DNA of 24,020 bases, taken from a virus (lineage: Duplodnaviria; Caudoviricetes). A program made the translations under genes and the position numbers. Of this stretch, positions 16,646-24,020 are shown one piece after another (the first letter of the stretch is position 1; the number at the start of each line of letters is the position of its first letter). The notes under the pieces are model-generated. The model had not been told where the DNA came from. It was given only the letters and a program-made list of their open reading frames with translations, and did no database searches. The stretch spans positions 1-24,020 of the IMG/VR virus record IMGVR_UViG_3300037524_000251; one strand, given 5' to 3'.

Positions 16646-16954
16646 TTATGCGCCGTGGCCGACGGCAGTGAAGTGAAGCGTCTGTGCCGCAAGAGCGGCG
16701 TTGTCGTCACCGAGCTCAGTAGCTGCGGTCGTGTACACGAGCAGCTTATTGTTCGTGTAGTCATAGGTGCAAGTGTGCCCAAGGCACGGCTCAACAAGCA
16801 CCTGGCGAATGGTCCCAAGCCCGTACACGGTCATATCGAAGGTGTATCCGCCGGTCTTGTAGTTGTCCAGAACAGCCGTTCCGTAGACCCTCTTGATTCC
16901 GGCGTATCCAGGCTTGTCGTTCCATACCGTGATGGTCGTATCACCCTTTGCCAC
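16646..16954 (-). CDS. Probable capsid cement/decoration protein, 102 aa
   Basis: GTG start with AAGGAGGT, directly after the major capsid gene. 'Y.TGG...YD..NNKLLVY...TEL' beta-rich pattern. Confidence 0.6.
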   Translation of the reverse strand: MAKGDTTITVWNDKPGYAGIKRVYGTAVLDNYKTGGYTFDMTVYGLGTIRQVLVEPCLGHTCTYDYTNNKLLVYTTAATELGDDNAALAAQTLHFTAVGHGA

Positions 16955-16971
16955 TGTTACCTCCTTTACTT

Positions 16972-17001
16972 GCTGGGGGGAGGTTGGCCCTCCCCCGCAG
17001 C
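16972..17001 (-). promoter_or_regulatory. GC-rich hairpin downstream of the major capsid gene
   Basis: GCTG(C)GGGGGAGG-GCCAA-CCTCCCCCCAGC: 12 bp with one bulge. No U-tract on the sense strand. Confidence 0.55.
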
Positions 17002-17022
17002 TCGGTCAACTACCCGACTGTC

Positions 17023-18216
17023 TTAGCCAACGAACGAGGAGCAGTTCTTGACCAGGCCGAAGGTGTACTCGTTGTGAAGCTCCAGACCGGCCTCGGCCAG
17101 ATACTCACCGATAACGCGGTCCTGACCGGGGTTCTGAACCTCGGGATACCAGTCGGTGTCGCGGCCACCGACGAAGCGGTACACGAGCTGATCGGGGTCG
17201 ATCAGGAAGCCCCAGGAAGTGAACTTCGCGGAACGCGACAGGAGCTTGTGCTCCTTGACCATGACGGTGCCGAAGCTGGTGATCCACTTGCGCATCGTCA
17301 TGCCGAAGCTGTCCTGCTTGCCAACATCGGCCCACTGGTAGCTGTACGCACGCGCCATGTTCTCAAGCGACATGAGCATGGTGGCGCCGCACAGGAGCAG
17401 CTTCTCATCGGAGCCGTACTGGAACAGATCCTTGAGGAAGGTGTTCCAGCCCGACAGCGTGAGGCCAGTTGAGGCGTAGTCAACGGTGTTGGTGGAGATA
17501 TAGTTGTAGATCCCACCAGTGGTGCGACGCGGACCCGGAGCGGCCGTCAGATCCTCAGACGGGATGCCGAACATGAACGCCCACTCCTTGTCCACCTCAT
17601 GGAACAGGAGCGCCTGCTTCTGAGCGTCCTTCTGCCGGTCGCCAGTGCGCAGGGTCGTAGCCGCCAGAGTCTTCGTGATGTCAGCGACATTACGGAAAAT
17701 CTGGCAGTAGTTGTACTTCTTCGCCGGGTCCGTGGTGATCGCGGTCCCGACATCGGCACCCTCAGCCTGCGCGTTACCAATCACCTGAACCTTGTGAGTG
17801 GTGAGCCACGCAGACTGCGCCCCAGTAGCGCCGACGCCACGGATGATCTTGACGTTCTGCGAGTCAACCGGATCTTCCGTGACAATCACGCGCTCCATGA
17901 GAGTGGTGTTGAGGAGGATGCTCCCGGCGCGGACGTTGTACGCCTCGCCAGCAGCAAAACGGGCCGTATCGGCAAGCCCGGCAAGGACACCAGCGGCGGG
18001 AAGGTCGCCCGCGTCAGGAGTCAGCTCGCGGGTGGCAAACCGGCGCTCAAACCAGTTGAACTCCGGGTCGGACGACTTCTCTTTGCCAGTCCTGTAGATC
18101 AGGTTGCAAAGAGGAGCCGCATCCGGGTACTCGTCCATGATGCCAAGCCGCCACGCCTTCGGGCGCTCGGTGGCATCGGTGAGGTTGGTCGTGGTACGCA
18201 TTCCAAGAACGGGCAT
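17023..18216 (-). CDS. Major capsid protein (SU10/DUF5309-like), 397 aa
   Basis: Motifs 'LG.R......RPK.WR.GI...YP..APL', 'DPEFNWFE', 'IGNAQAEGA', 'NYCQIFR', 'RRTTGGI', 'EYLAEAGLELH'. Follows the scaffold gene; SD AAGGAG. Confidence 0.9.
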   Translation of the reverse strand: MPVLGMRTTTNLTDATERPKAWRLGIMDEYPDAAPLCNLIYRTGKEKSSDPEFNWFERRFATRELTPDAGDLPAAGVLAGLADTARFAAGEAYNVRAGSILLNTTLMERVIVTEDPVDSQNVKIIRGVGATGAQSAWLTTHKVQVIGNAQAEGADVGTAITTDPAKKYNYCQIFRNVADITKTLAATTLRTGDRQKDAQKQALLFHEVDKEWAFMFGIPSEDLTAAPGPRRTTGGIYNYISTNTVDYASTGLTLSGWNTFLKDLFQYGSDEKLLLCGATMLMSLENMARAYSYQWADVGKQDSFGMTMRKWITSFGTVMVKEHKLLSRSAKFTSWGFLIDPDQLVYRFVGGRDTDWYPEVQNPGQDRVIGEYLAEAGLELHNEYTFGLVKNCSSFVG

Positions 18217-18228
18217 GTCTAGTCTCCT

Positions 18229-19275
18229 TTAGGACTTTGCGAACAGTGTCCGAATGTCCTTGTTCTTCCCGCCGTCAGCCTGCCCGCGAGTTGCCGAAGA
18301 CTCGCCGCGAGCCATCTGCCTCGCGGTCGCTGCCGCCGCTGTGCGCTGCTGATTGCCCGCGCTAAGCGCCGCCAGGATCGGTGAACGCTGCCATGCCAGA
18401 TACTGCCCAGCAAGCCAGTCACCGGCCTGCTCGCTCTGAAGCACCTCAATGGGCGGATTGACGTTTTCAGCCAGGAAGTTGATGAATTCGTTTCGTTTGG
18501 TTTCGTCGGACAACGATGCGAAATGCTCACCATGCCGCTGCGGGAGCGAAGCGAGGTTCTGGTGGAGATACGACAGCCAGCTCTGACGCTCGTACTCAGC
18601 CTGAGCCGTCTGCGTCTGATCCAAGATCGGACGGAACTGACTGTTGTAGACCTGAAGGGCGGCGTCCCTGAACTGCATGAACGACGACTTCGCTCTGATG
18701 TTCTCTTCCACCAGGTGCGCGACGAGGTTTGCCATCTTCGGATTTAGGGCGATTTCATCATCGTCCATGAGGCCGCTTTCCCTGAGCATCTGAATGCGTG
18801 GCTTCAGGCTCTCGGTGAACTCGTCGTAGTTCTGCGGCCCTTGCGGCTGCTGCTGCTGCGCCTGCTGCCGCGCTGCGAGCTGCTGCCTCATCTGCTCCTG
18901 GGCAATCTGCTGTTGGCGGTCATACTCCATGCGCTCCATATACTTCTGCTGCATGGACTTGAACTGCTCAGCAGTGACCAGAAGATCCTTGATGACTTCC
19001 GGTTCGCCGTACTTCTGGCGAAGCTCGTCGTCGGCCCACTCGCGTCCCTTGAACTTCCAACGCGGCTGCGGCGGCTGAACCGCCGCCTGCTGGGGTGCCC
19101 CAGCCCCGCCGGTCTGCTCAGCGCTGTCGGAGCCAAGCTGGTCAGGGGTAACCTCTGGCCTAGTCTCCATTGCCTTTGAGGCGCCAGCGAACAGATCCTG
19201 CGGCCCTGTGCCACCAGCGTCAGCCTGTGCAGGCTCGCTTGCGGCGTTAGCGTTTACTGCGTTCTCGTCAGCCAT
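18229..19275 (-). CDS. Capsid scaffolding protein, 348 aa
   Basis: Acidic disordered N-terminus, Q/E-rich coiled coil and short C-terminal helix. Lies between portal and major capsid genes. Confidence 0.7.
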   Translation of the reverse strand: MADENAVNANAASEPAQADAGGTGPQDLFAGASKAMETRPEVTPDQLGSDSAEQTGGAGAPQQAAVQPPQPRWKFKGREWADDELRQKYGEPEVIKDLLVTAEQFKSMQQKYMERMEYDRQQQIAQEQMRQQLAARQQAQQQQPQGPQNYDEFTESLKPRIQMLRESGLMDDDEIALNPKMANLVAHLVEENIRAKSSFMQFRDAALQVYNSQFRPILDQTQTAQAEYERQSWLSYLHQNLASLPQRHGEHFASLSDETKRNEFINFLAENVNPPIEVLQSEQAGDWLAGQYLAWQRSPILAALSAGNQQRTAAAATARQMARGESSATRGQADGGKNKDIRTLFAKS

Positions 19276-19286
19276 ACTTCACCCGT

Positions 19287-19311
19287 CCCGCTCGGCTTGG
19301 CCGTCAGCGGG
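19287..19311. promoter_or_regulatory. Hairpin in the 85-nt leader of the scaffold gene
   Basis: CCCGCT-CGGC-TTG-GCCG-TC-AGCGGG on the plus strand, followed by TTCTTTCT. Ends 11 nt before the scaffold ATG on the minus strand. Confidence 0.4.
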
Positions 19312-19360
19312 TTCTTTCTCCAGCTCCCTCTCCTCGATTGGGTAGGCTGGAAGCCGCGAG

Positions 19361-19690
19361 CTACCGCGAGGCGGCTGTGTCCTCGATCTTCTTTGAGATG
19401 TCTTCGATCCGAGCTTTGCGGTCCTCGTAGTCGAGAACCACGTTCCTGGGCGCCTGGATCTGCTTGACGACACGCTTTGCCACGGCAATCAGCGCAATCG
19501 CCTTGTCGCCAGAGTCGCCAGGAGAGAACTGGTCAATTGTCAGGAACAGCTCGGTCAGAAGCGCGTCGTGCTTTACCTTGCCGTCTTCACTTTCAAGCAG
19601 CGCCTTTGCCTTCAGGTACGCGCTCTCGCGCGCGCGAAGCTCGGATCTGCGCGCTTCCAGCGCGGCCTCAAGCTCTCCTCTGGTCGTCAT
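19361..19690 (-). CDS. Small helical hypothetical protein (109 aa) between portal and scaffold
   Basis: ATGA overlap with the portal stop; coiled-coil-like composition. A small gene is common at this position in podoviruses. Confidence 0.7.
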   Translation of the reverse strand: MTTRGELEAALEARRSELRARESAYLKAKALLESEDGKVKHDALLTELFLTIDQFSPGDSGDKAIALIAVAKRVVKQIQAPRNVVLDYEDRKARIEDISKKIEDTAASR

Positions 19691-22266
19691 GCTTCCCCCG
19701 GATCAACGTAGTTGCCAGCTTGCGACTGCTGCTGGAACTGCTCGTCTGGGACAACCTGCATCCCAGGCTGGCCACCCTGCATCTGTTGCTGCTGCATCTG
19801 CTGCTGAAGCACCTGCGGGTGAACCCTGTAGAACTGCTCGACGTTCTTGATGCCCATTGAGCGGACGAACTCGTTGAAGATCGCCCTAAAGTCTGGGATG
19901 CGTCCGTCGGGATACTGCATGGGATCGAAGAGTTGCGGCCCCTGCGCCAGACTCTGGAGAAGCTGCATCCACGTCGTAGCCGACCGCGACGGATCAGGCG
20001 GCATGTTCCCGGTGTGTGAGATGTAGTCGAAGTTCCCAGCGATATCGCTCGGCCCGATCAGCGCCTGCATCAGCCCGCTTCCTGGCATCTGCTGGATGTT
20101 CCCGCCCATGCCGCGCGCCACGAAAGCGTCCATGTCCTTGGCGAGATCCCCGGTGATTCTGTACCACTGAGCTTCCTCTGTGAACTGCTGCCGGTTAATC
20201 ATGAGCCGCTTGGCCAGCGGAGCGAGCGCCTGCATATCGGCCAGCCGAACCGTCGTTGAGATGCGCTGCGAGGCTGCTGCCATGACCGCCTGAACCTCGC
20301 CAAGAGTGCGCCGGTCCTGCATTGGGATGCCCTGGGCCGGGTCGTTGGCGCCAGTCATTCTCTGCGCCATGTCCATCACGGACGCCATGTCGTTCAGATG
20401 ACCGCGCGTCGTGTCGTTGGTGGACAGTTGGAAGACAAGTTGACCCGGAGACATCATACCATTAATCATCAACTCCTCGGCACGCTGCGACATTCGGATG
20501 TGCCCGCCGGGAGTCGGATACAGGAGGTCGATCTCTTCGATTAGCGACGGAGGGTAGATCATCGAGTTGTTGATGGCGCGGCGGACGTGCTCGATATGGC
20601 TCTGTCCGTGGATGCTTACGACGCCGTTCCTGCGCACAACGGTTACGTGCGTACTGTTCGTGAAGCAGTACACCTTGCCTGCGTATTGCTTTTTCCCAAC
20701 ATGCTTACCAAGGAGCGAATGCCTGTCAACAGCGAAGCTGATTGAGACTCTGTACACAGGCTTCCCTCTGTGCATGTATTGACCGAACCTGACCCTAGCT
20801 CCAAGTTTGAACGCGATTTCTCCGATATCGTCTGCTAGTTGCTTCGACCGCGACGTGTACGCCCACAGGGTTTCGTTGATCTGCGTTCCGTCACCGGCAA
20901 GCGCGCTGAAAAGGACTTTCTTCAGAAGCCTTGTTGGCCACGCCCGCACGAAGTCGGGCAGCTTTTTAGAATAACTGTCTGCCTTGTCGTTATTGTAGCA
21001 ATGAGACTTTAAAAACTCAAAGAAATACCTATGCGAAATCGTCCATGACACTGCATTCTTTTTTGGGTCAACATAACGGGTGTGCTTAAAAGGAAGTTCT
21101 CCGAATATCTTATCAAGAACTGGTATGTTTTCTTGCTTCTTTTGCTTAATGGATACAGAATATGTGCCTGATTTACTTCCTTTTGCAGCATATCCTTCGC
21201 TAACAAACCATCCAATGAACTCAGCAAGAGCATCAGGGCTAATGAACGAATCAACCCACCTACGCGCGTGACCCCTGTTTCGAATCGGCGCTCTTCCGCC
21301 AATTAGAAGTGGAGACGGCTCGCAAGCGCGAGAGTCGTCGTATACAAGAGAGGCCATAGTAAACCGCTCATGCGGCATCCCAATAAGCTGCTCTGCCGGG
21401 ATAAGTTCATACTTATCTGAGCGCGTTCCAACGAGCAGTTTATGATTAGGAGTCACTAGCAAATCTTGCTTGAGTCCGCTTAGGCTAACCATTTCTCCGT
21501 CGTAATCATACTCCTGCCTTGCGCTCGGCGTTTCAAACCAGAACCGACGAGACTTAGGGTCAACCGTGGCAACCTTGTGACTGTCTGTTAAGAGCGGAAA
21601 CGGAACCCAGCCGCTGTCGGTCAGGACTTCCGTTTCCTTATCATAACAGTTGAACAGCCAGTTAGCCATCCGCTGAAGCCCTTCAAGGTTCTCGGCCCAC
21701 CCAGGCTGATCCAGCGAGTGAAGGTCGGCAATACCCTCAGCCACGGAGTACGTGAACTTGCCGTGCGCATATGGGGACGCATGCGCCCGTACGATAACGG
21801 CATCGTCAGTCCACGAGAACATCCAAATCTCAGGCTTCTCACTGGAGCCAAGCTGCCACTCGCGCGGAATCAGCTTCACCTGAAGATGGTCAAGGCAGTA
21901 CGTGCCGCGATCCAGCTCATCCGCGCGCTCGTTGCGAAGCTCCTTCCAGCGCGTGGCGCGGTCGCCGCCAAGGCCAGCGTGCTTCTTGACTTCATCGAGA
22001 TTGAAGTATGCGCCGTTGCCAGACTTCAGCTCGCGCTCCTTTAGGAACATGAAGCCCTGACGCACGCCATGCCCGCAAAACTCGCCGTCCTGAGTGCGCC
22101 CAAAGGAGACGCGCGGATCGTGGTAGAAGCGGCGCGGATCGACGTTCTTGATCTGGTTGTACGAACGGACCTTGCCCCACTCCTTTAGGCGCTGCCATAG
22201 CCGCCCATCGGCCCGCCCATGCCCATCATGGACGGAACCTGCGGCTGGCCGAGCACCCACCCCCAC
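19687..22266 (-). CDS. Portal protein, C-terminal part (contains intein); true coding probably begins near 22200 as a continuation of 22185-22850
   Basis: Portal-like motifs: 'NVDPRRFYHDP', 'LEGLQRMANWLFN/SHIEHVRRAINN', 'QRMTGANDPAQG....RRTLGEVQ', and a Gln-rich C-terminal tail. Confidence 0.85.
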   Translation of the reverse strand: MGVGARPAAGSVHDGHGRADGRLWQRLKEWGKVRSYNQIKNVDPRRFYHDPRVSFGRTQDGEFCGHGVRQGFMFLKERELKSGNGAYFNLDEVKKHAGLGGDRATRWKELRNERADELDRGTYCLDHLQVKLIPREWQLGSSEKPEIWMFSWTDDAVIVRAHASPYAHGKFTYSVAEGIADLHSLDQPGWAENLEGLQRMANWLFNCYDKETEVLTDSGWVPFPLLTDSHKVATVDPKSRRFWFETPSARQEYDYDGEMVSLSGLKQDLLVTPNHKLLVGTRSDKYELIPAEQLIGMPHERFTMASLVYDDSRACEPSPLLIGGRAPIRNRGHARRWVDSFISPDALAEFIGWFVSEGYAAKGSKSGTYSVSIKQKKQENIPVLDKIFGELPFKHTRYVDPKKNAVSWTISHRYFFEFLKSHCYNNDKADSYSKKLPDFVRAWPTRLLKKVLFSALAGDGTQINETLWAYTSRSKQLADDIGEIAFKLGARVRFGQYMHRGKPVYRVSISFAVDRHSLLGKHVGKKQYAGKVYCFTNSTHVTVVRRNGVVSIHGQSHIEHVRRAINNSMIYPPSLIEEIDLLYPTPGGHIRMSQRAEELMINGMMSPGQLVFQLSTNDTTRGHLNDMASVMDMAQRMTGANDPAQGIPMQDRRTLGEVQAVMAAASQRISTTVRLADMQALAPLAKRLMINRQQFTEEAQWYRITGDLAKDMDAFVARGMGGNIQQMPGSGLMQALIGPSDIAGNFDYISHTGNMPPDPSRSATTWMQLLQSLAQGPQLFDPMQYPDGRIPDFRAIFNEFVRSMGIKNVEQFYRVHPQVLQQQMQQQQMQGGQPGMQVVPDEQFQQQSQAGNYVDPGEA
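20602..21648 (-). mobile_element. Intein with LAGLIDADG homing endonuclease, 349 aa, in the portal
   Basis: Block A CYDKETEVLTDSGW, block B LLVTPNHKLLV, endonuclease motifs FIGWFVSEGY and FSALAGDGT, block F/G YAGKVYCF...VRRNGVVSIHGQ followed by Ser+1. Visibly AT-richer than the flanks. Confidence 0.93.
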
Positions 22267-22850
22267 TCGTCCTCCCAGGACTCAAACATGATCCCCAGGT
22301 TGTATCGCTCGTAGTCCCAGATCCACTGGTAGAACGTCAGCGGGACGTTCGACTCTCGGCAGTCGTACGCAATCGTCGTTTCCATCATCTTGGCTGGAAC
22401 CACGTCTTCCGGGCTGACGCCCTCAATCGGGAAGACTGGATCACGGCCCATCATGATGCTGTACTCCTGCGCAAGACGAACCTGAAGCATGGCGAAGCTC
22501 ATGGGGACGACAATCGACCGCTCAAACGGCATCTCTCGCTTCTGCTCCGAGTAGGCGCCGTCGCCAAGGCGGGCGCCTTGGCTCAGGTCAATCTTCATCT
22601 TCAGCGTGTTGTCTACGTCGTCCCACCCCTGAAAGCGGCCCGAAACAGCCGTATGGCCAAGGTTCCGCCGGAGCGTGAGCTTACTCAGAAGATCGTCGTG
22701 CTCCTTCGTGCCAAAGCGGAACTTGACCTCCGGCGGCTGTTCCATGACCTCAATGCCGCTCGCCGCGTACTCGCCCTCGCCCGTCGCTGGGCCATACGCA
22801 TCAGGCTCGTAAGACGGCGACTGTATGAAGGCGTTCGTGAAGTCAACCAT
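22185..22850 (-). CDS. Portal protein, N-terminal part (221 aa, out of frame with the rest)
   Basis: SD GAGGT. 'IVVPMSFA...P.F.IEGVSPEDV..AKMME..I.YD......FYQWIWD..RYNLGIM..SW' matches the N-terminal third of podovirus portals. Confidence 0.8.
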   Translation of the reverse strand: MVDFTNAFIQSPSYEPDAYGPATGEGEYAASGIEVMEQPPEVKFRFGTKEHDDLLSKLTLRRNLGHTAVSGRFQGWDDVDNTLKMKIDLSQGARLGDGAYSEQKREMPFERSIVVPMSFAMLQVRLAQEYSIMMGRDPVFPIEGVSPEDVVPAKMMETTIAYDCRESNVPLTFYQWIWDYERYNLGIMFESWEDEWGWVLGQPQVPSMMGMGGPMGGYGSA

Positions 22851-22852
22851 TG

Positions 22853-23278
22853 TTACCTCGCGCCAGTGCGGATTCCGGCAAAGTAGATCGTGACGGTGCC
22901 GCCCTCAACATCAGTCGAGATTCGCGCCCTGACGCACCCAACAGGGCCAGAGGCGACGATATGCTTCGCGGTTGAGGCCACAAGCGTGTACTCGCTCGTC
23001 AGCGCGCTCCATGTCCCGGTGTACCCACAGGCATGCGCGCATTCGACCACCACCTTCCCTGCGCTGATCCCAGCTGACGGGACGATCTCAAAGACAATCG
23101 CGTCGAGTTTGTGGTCGGTATCGACCTCAATCCCGTTGCCTGTGGTCGCAGCCGTCTGGATCTCAATGACCGGCGGCGTCGCTACGACCGACGGATAGTC
23201 CACAGACGTCGCCAGAGCCGTTGACACCTGAAGCGACAGAATGGCCGCAACACCAAGCACTACGAATACTTTACGCAT
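22853..23278 (-). CDS. Small beta-sandwich structural-type protein with N-terminal signal peptide, 141 aa
   Basis: SD AGGAGG. MRK + hydrophobic core + ALA cleavage-like site. Mature part has 'GKVVVE.....GTW...VRARIST...GGTVTI'. Confidence 0.65.
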   Translation of the reverse strand: MRKVFVVLGVAAILSLQVSTALATSVDYPSVVATPPVIEIQTAATTGNGIEVDTDHKLDAIVFEIVPSAGISAGKVVVECAHACGYTGTWSALTSEYTLVASTAKHIVASGPVGCVRARISTDVEGGTVTIYFAGIRTGAR

Positions 23279-23287
23279 AACGTCCTC

Positions 23288-23791
23288 CTAGTCCCCTTCG
23301 CCGTTTTCGGGAGCGTGTGTCACAGACGGTCTATCAATAAGCCGCTGCATTGCGAACGTATGATGCTTGCTCAGAACAGAATGCTCGCCCTGCAACTGCG
23401 CGAGCGCCTTGCCTTGTGACTGCAACTCGCTAAACAACCGCTCCCACTTAATGTCCATCGCGGCGTTCTGATGCTGCATCGCCTCGTACAGTTTCCGCAC
23501 GTCCTCAGCGTGGTTTTCAATGCCTTGCTGGAGGTCTGCGCGGAACTCCTTATTTGCGGCGTCAAACGCATCAAGGGACCGCTTCCCCAGGTAAACAATT
23601 ACGGCCACCAGCGTCGCGAGCAGCGACAGCACGGACCCCCAAATCCAGATGACGACAGCCGGATGCCCAGCGATAAACGTCTCGATAGCTGAAAGCTGAG
23701 GCTCGGCTACACCATCTGGCGCCGGGCCAGACGAGGCTGAGACCACCAGCACAAGAAGCACAGCGACGCCAATGGCGACGGAGCGTTTCAT
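23288..23791 (-). CDS. Membrane protein, holin/haemolysin-like (signal or TM segment, TM helix, coiled coil), 167 aa
   Basis: Start reassigned to ATG 23791, 1 nt after the upstream stop. Hydrophobic segments VAIGVAVLLVLVVSA and VVIWIWGSVLSLLATLVAVIVYL, then heptad helices. Confidence 0.55.
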   Translation of the reverse strand: MKRSVAIGVAVLLVLVVSASSGPAPDGVAEPQLSAIETFIAGHPAVVIWIWGSVLSLLATLVAVIVYLGKRSLDAFDAANKEFRADLQQGIENHAEDVRKLYEAMQHQNAAMDIKWERLFSELQSQGKALAQLQGEHSVLSKHHTFAMQRLIDRPSVTHAPENGEGD

Positions 23792-23792
23792 G

Positions 23793-24020
23793 TTACTGCT
23801 CGGCAGGCACGTCGTTCGCGGCGGCAGCGATGGCGGCAGCGCGAGCGGCCTCACCAGCGTCGTTGGCGACCTTGGCGACGTAGTGCTGGCGCAAGAACTC
23901 CTTGAGCACCTTGCGGAGGATCATGCGGCGCTCGACCGTGGTCGTATCCCGCGAGGTGCAGACGCCCGCAGCGTGGTCTGCCGCGTTCGCCGGGACGCAG
24001 ACCGTCAGCCCATAGGTCAG
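23793..24020 (-). CDS. Hypothetical protein, 5'-truncated by the window edge
   Basis: Not in the ORF track. Hand translation ...LTYGLTVCVPANAADHAAGVCTSRDTTVERRMILRKVLKEFLRQHYVAKVANDAGEAARAAAIAAANDVPAEQ* with mostly G/C-ending codons; the stop abuts the next ATG. Confidence 0.7.
   Translation of the reverse strand: MTYGLTVCVPANAADHAAGVCTSRDTTTVERRMILRKVLKEFLRQHYVAKVANDAGEAARAAAIAAAANDVPAEQ

Noticed and set aside
21992-22198. 68-aa third-frame ORF (MAAPKGVGQ...) at the portal break
   Set aside because: Out-of-frame composition over conserved-looking portal sequence. At most its first few codons could belong to the true junction if two indels occurred.
28-23692. Numerous plus-strand ORFs, e.g. 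7277-8218, 11137-12126, 12826-13680, 15966-16676
   Set aside because: They are antisense shadows of GC-rich minus-strand genes: Leu/Arg/His- or Ser/Cys-rich mirror composition and no recognisable motifs.
1-24020. CRISPR array, tRNA/rRNA, integrase/att site, or stop-codon reassignment
   Set aside because: No regularly spaced repeats or RNA-gene signatures were seen, intergenic gaps are 85 nt or less, and TAA, TAG and TGA all end genes cleanly next to downstream starts.

Overview
The whole window is the virion morphogenesis module of a GC-rich tailed phage or prophage with a podovirus-like (P22/T7/N4/SU10-type) layout. All credible genes are on the minus strand, tightly packed, mostly with clear Shine-Dalgarno sites. 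In transcription order (right to left): a partial ORF, a membrane/holin-like protein, a small beta-rich protein with a signal peptide, the portal, a small protein, the scaffold, an SU10-type major capsid protein, two probable capsid decoration proteins, two hypotheticals, a head-tail adaptor, a short fibre, a tail nozzle, a second fibre, a GNAT-like protein, four low-complexity internal (ejection-type) proteins, and a giant internal protein of at least 1207 aa. The giant ORF runs off the left edge and is missing from the ORF track. Main oddities: (1) a complete 63-aa basic gene with its own SD site nested in the +1 frame of the giant gene; (2) a 349-aa LAGLIDADG intein ending in Gln inside the portal; (3) a -1 frame break in the portal gene; (4) a ~390-aa fibre/lectin-like module inserted inside the nozzle; (5) a signal-peptide-bearing structural-type protein coupled to the portal; (6) two fibres sharing a paralogous, AT-richer C1q/TNF-like tip. 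All product calls come from motif recognition and gene order, not database searches.
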